DNA from: Klebsormidium nitens
Lineage: Eukaryota; Plantae; Klebsormidiophyceae
Length of the DNA stretch: 64,000 nucleotides
Direction of reading: 5' to 3'
Assembly: GCA_000708835.1 (NCBI GenBank)
Contig: DF237224.1
Coordinates: forward strand, 1-64,000
The notes beneath the pieces were generated by a model. It had not been told where the DNA came from, ran no database searches, and worked only from the letters and a program-made list of their open reading frames with translations. Below, piece by piece: positions 55,435-64,000 of this stretch. Numbering within the stretch: the first letter of the stretch is position 1; every line of letters starts with the position of its first letter. The position numbers were made by a program, and so were the translations under genes.

Positions 55435-58059
55435 ATGGCGTTCAAGCTTCCCCCTCCTCCTTGGCAAAGCCCCAGCTGGCATGGCGCACCGCCCGCTTTG
55501 GATGACATCATCGCCAGCCTGGATGAGCAGCGACAGGCTCGGGAACTGGCCCTGCAACTCAGGCTTGGCATTCAAGATGCCCAGGCAGAGTTCTCTTACC
55601 TGCGACTGAAGGGACTGAGGGCCCTGGCAGCGACAGTGGCCGCCTGTCTCGCGGATTCAAAGTGGACCAGGAGGTTTAGAGAAGCGCAGCTTAGTCCTGA
55701 GTTGCAAAGTAAGCTGTTTGGGAGCTTGAGTAGGCATTGTGCAGATATGCGTCTGGTTTCGGCTGGCCCTTCCATTTAATCTTTTCATTGACCACATTGA
55801 TTTGTGCTGAAGATGAGATGGTCGCCCGCTCAACATGTCTTTGCTTGCCATCGATCAGTTTGGCCACGAACGTACCTAAAAGGCGCAACAAGGTTTTGTT
55901 GTCGAGTAATGTGGAGAAAAGGCAGAATGGCATCTGGGTTTGAGACACGGAGTCTGGCCTTCCTCTGCCTATTCTATGACTCTCCTCTCGCCCCTTCAAA
56001 ACTCCAAATGCGTGTTGTGTTGTCTGCTTCCGGCTTAGCCGGCGGCCCGCTCGTCATGTTCCAAGCCCCTTCTCCTAGCAATCAGCCCAGGGCACTCTAT
56101 CTTTCCAACCGAAAAACAATTCTTACAACGCCCCTTCAGATGCCAGTCGGACATGTCAAACATGTACCCTATCCTCTCTCCCGCAGTTGTCCCCTGCCTC
56201 TTCTCGCATTCTCTCGCCCCACCCCCCCGCTCCCAGCCCCCCTCCCCTTCCGGCAGCCCCGGTCGAGTCCTGGGCCAGCCTGCCGTCCCTTTGAGCCCCC
56301 CAGGGGAGGAAGAAGTCGTGGTGGCCTTGCATCTGCTGCAGGGATGCTGCTTGGTGAATGCAATTTGCAAAGAGCAGGCAACAAAGCGAGGGGCTGTGAA
56401 GGTGCGCTTTCTCAAAGCGACCTTTGAAGAAAGACCACCTTTTATGAATCTTCGTGTCTGACGGAAGATTACTTGTTGGATAGGCCATATTGTTGCTGAG
56501 CAGACTTGCTTGTGATTGAGACCTCAGGGACCCTGAAGATATCCTCCATGTGTCTCCTGGCCATTTCGATTCCTGTTGTGGAGGATGTTTCTGCCAGTAA
56601 AAGACAACCATGTAATTCTCTGCATTTCTTTTGGCTGGGAAGAGCATTCAGGAACCTCGATCATTGGATTTTGTCTCTGTTCGATACGAGAACTTGCTGG
56701 CAAGTCCGTGATCCCTGTACCACTCATGTTGGTCAAAGTGCTGGGGCTGAGTTTGACTTTGCTTCCCCTGTGGGTGGCAGTTTTTTGCACACTCTTGCCT
56801 CACAATCGACACTTTCCAGTCCTGTTGTACAGGCTCTGGCAGAGCGCTTGCTAGCTGCCACGGTGGTGCCAGTGAGGGTGGCATGCTTAGACGCTCTGCT
56901 GACACTGCTCATTGGCAACCCGGAGAATGTGCAGGTAAGGCCCAGAAAGAAGGATCGACCTGGCAAACGGAAGTTGCTCTGCCTGACCCAGTCCAAGAAC
57001 ATGTTGCAGTTCAGGAGTCAGGAAAGATCAGAAGCGTTTGTGTGGCTATGTTGCATAGAGCCGCCTGAAGAGTCTTTTGCTCATTGGACAAACTGGCGCC
57101 TGAAGTACAGTACAAAAGGATGATCTGTAAACGTCGTTTCATTAGCTCCAGACAGAGACAGCAGGTCAACGTCACTCCTCTCAACTACAAATTTTGCGCA
57201 TCTTTCAGGAATTTAAACGGCTGGGCGCCCTTAAGCAGACAACGGACCTCGTACAAAACGCGCATGTCTTGGAGCAAGTACGGTAAGGATGGCGCACCTA
57301 TCATCCTTCCCAGTTTTGGCTTTGAGCACTGTGAGTCCAATGAGTCCCCGTTCGTTGGAGAGCCGCTTGAGGATGTTCCGAGGCCACAATTAGTGAACTT
57401 CATCGTAACATTGACTGCCTTGATGAGTACTAAGCCCTCTTTGACGGGCTGTCTTCGCATGTGAGTCGCTCGGGAATCATGCTGGAATCATCTGTACTGA
57501 CGAGCTGACTCCCCTTCTTAGTTGCAGAGGAAAGTAATTGATATCCTCGTGTAGGGAACCTTGCAGAAGAGGAATTTACTTTGTAGTCGCCGTAACGCAG
57601 CAAAGACCCGGAGATACGTCCAAATCTTTCGGCCTCCTCTTCACGAAAGTCCGGAACTGAACGCCTTGCTCTGCCGAAATTCAGTCATTAGTCACGAAGA
57701 CAACACTGAGTAGCGACGGACAAACGAGATGACATACTCTTCACGAGCAACGCCTTCTCAGGGTCACGATACTGATCGAAGTTGCATTGCCATTGTGCGT
57801 CGCTTTAGGTTGAGACTGTTTCCTTCTATGCAGGCTCAAAGCTCTGGAGTTCTTGGCCCTATTGCTAGCTGACGCTTCTCACACCGCCAAGCAGTACCCT
57901 GACGGGGCCGAGGATCTTCCGACAGCTTTTGAGGAGGAGATCCGCACCGCACTGGGCACTGTCGTTCTCAATCAGCTGCAGCAAGCAGTAGAGAATGGTG
58001 CCTTCATTGAAGGAAGACTGGAAACGCTTGCACAGAGCATCCTCCATGCCACTGTATAG
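55435..58059 (+). CDS. ARM-like protein of the Cdc14 (septation initiation network component) family as found in plants, 5 exons
   Basis: 55435-55708 (SLDEQRQARELALQLRLGIQDAQAEFSYLRLKGLRAL), 56187-56401 (VPCLFSHSL...VALHLLQGCCL), 56833-56934 (ACLDALLTLLIGNPEN), 57209-57292 and 57834-58059 (LKALEFLALLL...ATV*). Phases are compatible. The family call is from my recall of the plant homologue. Confidence 0.75.
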
Positions 58060-59555
58060 GTCTGCCGCGGTCAGGTGACTGCGCAACGATGTAGAGCTTG
58101 CGCACACGCACCTGTTTCGAAAATAAAGTCGGGCACTTTAAGCGAGGTTAATTGGTAATTGCTGCCTAGCATGTATTAGTGGCGGTCCTTGTACTTGCAA
58201 AATGACTCAATTGAGCGACTGAAGCCCACGCGTCGCGTGCCTAGCGGTGGGCCAGTTTTACCCCGTCCATATGGTGCGGATATTGTCCTTTGAATTAAGT
58301 TGAGCGGGTGCTTTAGCCGGCTGCCGCAGATGTATTGCCTTCATTCAATGAACCACGGAAGCTTACTAAGCGCCGCTGCAATTAGCTTGATCGTGATCGC
58401 GCGCGCTGGAAACCATGCACAAAGCTTCAATCGACATATGATATCGAATGCATGCCAAGTTATAATATCGATCAGTAAGTATGTGGACGCAGTCCTGACT
58501 CATGTGCGCGGAGCGCAATGGATTAAAGTGCGCGACACTGCTTTGCGCCGAAGTGCAAACTTGAACTATACGCCCCACGCGCGCCGCGCGGTACAGCCCG
58601 TTGTCGAAACCAACTTGATAGGAGATCTTCAAATACATGGTCACTATATACACGATCGCGGCAAGAGCCTGATGGTAATCTCTCAACTATTTGACGCCGG
58701 CCCGGCCCGTAGACATGTTGATCGTCAGTGCATCCCTGAAGCATTGCCATGTGTGGTGGGCCGGCCGTTCTGTCGTTACTAAGACATGCAAGCAGGCCTT
58801 ACGTAGCATGCCGCCATAGCCCGGAACATACAGCGGTCATATCTACGTTCAAGAGCTAATAAGGCGGTACGTTGCAGATATTGAGGCCGGAAACAACGTG
58901 ACTCCAGTGAAAGGATTTGATGGTCGCCAGGTACTTGAAGTCGAAGGCGACGCTTCATTGAAGTATGCATGTGCAGCAGAAAGACTTCGCTCAATCTCAC
59001 TGGAAAAGTTCAGGTACGATGGTCACTGAGTCAGCTCCGCTATACGCAGCCTGACTGCTGGGGTTTTGGCCGCGCAAGGTCGTATGATTTGAGGTCCTTT
59101 TGAAGGGAGTGGAAAACTCAATGGTGTGCGAGCAATGACACTGCATAACGTTTCTTTAAATCTTATCTCGGTTTGCTCAGTGTTCAACCGTTCCTCATCT
59201 TTCAATTTTGTCTTTCATTCCCTACAGTTGCTGTCCAGCTATAGAAGAGCTTGTGAGCGCATTGGGACAAGCAAAATCGGGTCCAAAACTTTCTACTCTA
59301 CTCTGACAATCTTCTAAAGTACCTTCTTGACTGTTCACCTGCAAGCTTTGATTTCTATCGTGACCTTGCGGCTTCAAAGAAGTTCTCTCATGTATGCTCG
59401 TATCGCCGCCGATCTTACTTCCAAGCAATCTGTTGTCGCATCCTATGCCTCTGACTCGTATACCTATCCACAGCTTTGTACCTTTTCGCAAAAAATGTCT
59501 CTATCACCGGCTTTTGCTGGCTTCCACTAACACCGACCTTCTATAAGAATTGCTT

Positions 59556-62500
59556 TCAAAATCCAAAGAGAGCGGCATCTTCCTCGTCGATATCGTCTGC
59601 ATCCCATTCGTCCTCCTCTCCATCTACGTCATCGTTCTCGTCTTGATCATCATCCCCGTCCATATCTTCGTCCTCTTCCTCCTCGTCCACATTTTGCGCC
59701 GCGAGACGGGTGCACTCCTTTCTGTGGCGCGCCTTCCAGTCTCTCTCCTGACAGACTGCACATTTGACAAAGGAGGAGTCAGAACAGTGGACGCTGTAAC
59801 TCGTTTCGGTTTTTCAACTCTTGCACTGCTCTTATTTCCTTCAAAGACATTGATAGGCCAAAGATTCAGAAACGCGCTTCATCAAGTCTGTTGTTTGATC
59901 AGCACTGAATCAGTGATGACGCTCTGCAATCGACTAAAAGCAGCGGAATCACCATCTTGATTGGTCCTCACCTGTTGAGCAGTAGTTGACGCTCCCACAT
60001 GCGCTGCACCTCCTGAACTCGTGCCGCCGCGTCTCCACCCGCCCGCAGTGCTCGTGCGAGCACAGCCTCAGGCCGGGGGCTCCCCCCGGCACCACTCGCG
60101 CCGCCTTTTTGAACCAGTTCACCATGAACGCGGTCGAGCTGTCGCCGTCCAAACCCTCCAAACCCTGCGCGCCGACGTCGCGCCTCCTGCCCTCCCTCCC
60201 CCTTGGACTCTTCTTCCCGCTCGGGGACTCCAGCCCCTTCCTCCTCTCCGCCTCTTGCCTCGCCACTCGAAAAGCCGCGATCGCTTTCTCTGCCTCCACG
60301 CGCGCGCGCTTCGTGGCCTGGCTGACCTGCGCCACGATCGTGGGCACCTTTCCTTCCCCGCCGTCCGATCTCCCCTCCTCCACGGTCGCCTTCCGGGGGC
60401 TCGCCACGCCCATGTTGGTCGGCCGGGGAATGAAGCGCGGCCGCCTGTTGGGCCGGGGCGAGTCTCCGGGCTGTGGATGGTAGTGGTCACGTGCACGAAA
60501 CTTCAGGGCTTGCGGCTGCTTCATGCTGTTGACGAGGGCCTCCATCGCCTTCTCGGTCGCGGCCGCGTGGTCGCCGTTCTCGAGCAGCTGCAGGAGCTTG
60601 CGGCCGGCGGGGACGTCCTGGATCAGCCCGTAACCGTGCTGCAAAAGGGGGAGGAAAATCTGGTTCAGTTTGGGTGGTTGCAGTTGATTCGACTCTGCTG
60701 AGTGCTGCATTTACTTTCTTCTGATGATTTTCCAGAGCTCTAATTGTCTGTGAAAAGGAAGCCTGTTTCATCGCTTCAACGCGGCATGATTAGGGACACG
60801 TCAAACGAAGTGACTTTGGAAGTTTCAAAACGACTAAAGAAACCCCGTTGGCTGAAGAGTCAATCAATCCTTGACGGTTGGATGCATCTGTTGAAAGTGC
60901 AGATGAAAGAGCATTTGCTCCGTATCGAGAATGTATCGAAGCATCAAGAAGCCTGCCAGCGAGATTGTTGCTGAGATCTTGACATTCTTAGATTCATGAT
61001 AAGAGAATAAGTGTTTGCGGTTCGGGAACCGAAATACATCGGCTTCCCTCTGTCAGGGTTATCCTTCTTTTCCAGATTAAACCAAGGACCCTTGACAAAA
61101 CGATGCTCTAATTGTATGCTCGAGGTGGCAGTGCTCGAGCCACAAGCGAGAGTCACCTCAAGCACGAAGCAACGAAGCTGCTCTAGAGCAAGCCTTCAAG
61201 AAACTGAAAGTTCGAGAAGATCTGCTGACCTGTAGGCAGTGTCCTAGCTCTCTGACCGCGTCCAGGTGTCCCAGCAGCGCGGCTCTCGCGCACAGAGTCA
61301 CTCCCGAGACGAGGTCCTTGTCCTCACGTGCCCCCCCGCTGCCGTTGAAGTGAATGACGGCAATGGCGTAGACGGCTGCAGGATGGTCGGCGACCGCGGC
61401 CCGGTTGAGCAACTGAATGCCCTCAGTGCGGTGGGTGGCCCCCAGGCAGTAGAAGTAAATCTGGAGAACAGCACGAGTGAGGTAAGCGAAGCTCCTCGTG
61501 CGTAGGCTAATTTTCAATGCAACGATGGGAAAGGACTGCCGTGCTTCATTCGAAAGTTTGGTTGCTCAAAAATAGTCGTACCAGACTGTTACGAGTTCAG
61601 CCTGCTAAGCATTACAATGATCGATCAAGGAGTATCCATGGAAGCCTGGTACGCTTTCCCCACGCTCGCCGCCCTTGGAAGTGCCAGATTGCAAATGACC
61701 TCTCTCGTCTCTTCTTCGCTTCGCTTTACATCAAGTCGGGAGAACGAACTGCGAACGGTTCGATGCAACACAAAAGGACGCCAGAGATTAATAATCAGCC
61801 CTGTCCTGAGAATCCACATCCCTGCCTAAAGCTGAAAGAAACAATAGCGTTCGTGTGGCGATGAGTGCATGAATCCAGAATGATATGAAACGATTGCTAT
61901 CCTGGACTCCTGGTGTCTGCTTCACAAGAAAAGCTCCACCCTATTTCGAGACAGTCAGTCACAGATCGAGGAATGATCAAACCAAAGCTGAGGCAACTGA
62001 AAAAACGTCATCAGATGCTTGTGGACTATCTCTACCCTCTGCAATCTTGCTCGTTGAAGACCGACAAAGAAATTCTAACATCTTGAAGCATGCCTGGAGG
62101 AACGGGTTTGTACCAATCATGGTCTTGTGCTGAAAAGCTGAGTGCTCCAGGATGTTTTCAAGAACTCTTCAGAACGACTTGCTGTAATAGTCAGCTTTCC
62201 ATTAAAGAGCAAGGACGACAATCGTTGTCACAAACATCGTTTTTGCCCTTCTATATTCATGAATGCAATTGTAACTCTCAAATCCTGTCAAAGAAAGCTT
62301 TGTCTTACCAGGCCCAATCTGTATGCGGCCTCCATATTCCCAGCATCTGCACTTGCTTTCAAGAAGGATTGTGCTCCATCCGACCAATTGGAGGCTGTCG
62401 AGGCAACCGAGGCAGTGGATGCCATAGCAAACACTCGGGGATGCTCAGCAACCTCAGCAAACCTTCGACACCTGAACGGTATTTGAAAAGATTCTGTAAG

Positions 62501-63507
62501 CCATTGCCACAGACTTGCAAAAGGCGGAACCTAAGCAGTCCACCGCAAGTTGCAACTGGAGAGGATGTAGTCTCTACCCATTCCCACCTAGCATAAACTT
62601 TTGAATGCTCATAGGATTTTTCGGAATGATAAATGCATCAGACTGCAGTATCTTAACAAGAAGCCAGCTTCTCAATTCCTGTACTGACCATAGTCATGCA
62701 TAGAAGCAGAATCAAATAAACTCATCAGGATCTGGAGACCAGCAACGGAACCTGTGCACGAATATCTCTTGAGCAGGTGCAGCTCTCTTTTTCCATATCA
62801 CAGGCAACAGCATGCATTGAGTAATTGTGTGGAAAGACCTGGATTTGCTACTGACGTTGACTTAAGGGCCCCAAGGTCTTTGGCAGAAGCGGCATGGTTG
62901 CTGACTGCACTGAAAATGTCAATGAGGAGGTCGTCCTGGAAGAAAGACAGAAAGGCTGGATGTCAGATTCAACGCGAGAATGTAGGCTGATTGCAACTTT
63001 ATGCATTCTGAATGTGCCAAAGTAAGAGAGCAAATTTAATGGCGCACTGTACCTTTTCCTAGAGTTCGAGAATGCGGATGTCCATGTCTCCATCACATGA
63101 TGGACCTTTAAACTCGAATACCAACCAAAATTGTCGGTCTTATTGCACGATGTAGACACAGTTGCTCAAAGCAATGATCTTCCTTCTTTGGAGGATGACT
63201 AAGGCTTTGCTAACCAGGGCAGAGCATAGTCTGCAAGTAGGAAGTCTTTCGTCAAAGCAGCATGTTAACAATCATTGTTTGTAATTAGATATCTTACCGG
63301 CAGACAATCAAAGGGGCTTCCTCTTGACGTTTGCACAGGTCCCCTGCCAGACTTGCGGAGTCGTTTGCCAGCCTGAACGGTTGTTATGTCGCATAAGACA
63401 GGAACCGTCATCTCCTTGATCCCAGCTCGTCTTTTCGCTGGTCTACCATTTGCAGCCTCAATCGCAGCAAGAGTCATATAGAGCCGCTTCCCGCTGCGCG
63501 TCTTCAT
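59556..63507 (-). CDS. F-box protein with Sel1-like repeats and a C-terminal MYND zinc finger (At1g67340/At5g50450-like), 6 exons
   Basis: 63507-63298 (...FDCLP); ~62936-62857 (DDLLIDIFSAV...); 62471-62309 (NWSDGAQSFLKASADAGNMEAAYRLGL); ~61470-61231 (IYFYCL...AVIHFNGSGG..DKDLVSGVTLCARAA.LGHLDAVRELGHCLQ); ~60636-59975 (LRLCSHEHCGRVETRRHEFRRCSACGSVNYCST); 59755-59556 (CQERDWKARHRKEC plus acidic tail, stop 59556-59558). Confidence 0.93.
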
Positions 63508-64000
63508 TGTCCTTCAACTCGCCCGGGCCTAAGCTATCAAGGGCCCTACAGTCCTTGGATTCAGTCGTATCAAGGTATCAAGAGTGTCCAGCGAATGACT
63601 ACATAACAGGAGTATGAGAAATTACGGCGGCACTAATCTGAAGAAGGCTCCAGGATGCTAAAGAAGCTCTCAAATCAAAGCCAAAAAGCTTTACCACCCG
63701 TCCTGCTTTGGTTATCTCTGCTGCTTAGAAGCAATCCCCTTCTCAGAAAAAGATCAGCCAATACTCTACGCCTCTTACTCTACGCCTCTGATTAAAGGTG
63801 CTAAAAACGTGATTGCTCATAAACCATGCCTGTTTTCCAAGTATGGACCCCTTGACCATGAAATTGGCTGCCAACTGATCGTTGGTGGTGCATAGATTGA
63901 GGACAGCAAGTGGCAGCTTTCATGTACGTCGTTCATCTCCACAATAAAACGCCTATGACAGGGATTGCAACCGCGCTCTTCCTTGGCTTTTGGGTTAAAA

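Noticed and set aside
59986-60701. 165-aa and 226-aa ORFs on the + strand
   Set aside because: They are antisense shadows of the MYND F-box exon.

Overview
This is an intron-rich eukaryotic nuclear segment, not a prokaryotic one. It has GT-AG introns, GC-rich exons and plastid transit peptides. The land-plant-like gene set (CAS, RPH1, plastid LysA, ENR) in this compact layout suggests a streptophyte alga such as Klebsormidium (inference). I rebuilt 11 multi-exon genes by hand from phase-compatible splice sites: USP (-), an unknown plastid-targeted protein (+), diaminopimelate decarboxylase (-), enoyl-ACP reductase (-), Elongin C (+), RPH1 (-), calcium-sensing receptor CAS (+), an unknown protein with an internally duplicated two-exon module (-), an F-box/LRR protein (+), a DUF676 lipase (-), a Cdc14/SIN-like ARM protein (+) and an F-box/Sel1/MYND protein (-); the further exon chain at 39.3-40.5 kb may belong to the duplicated-module gene or be separate. 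I saw no rRNA, tRNA, CRISPR array or intact transposase. The most unusual observations are: (1) four progressively decayed copies of a splice acceptor plus exon start stacked upstream of the real CAS exon; (2) the unknown gene with a duplicated exon pair and unrecognised domain, whose upstream region carries a ~160-180 bp-periodic GGGGATCCCC palindrome array; (3) palindrome-dense blocks at all five convergent gene junctions; (4) a MITE-like 71-bp inverted-repeat element in an intron. All product names come from my recall of protein families, not from database searches.
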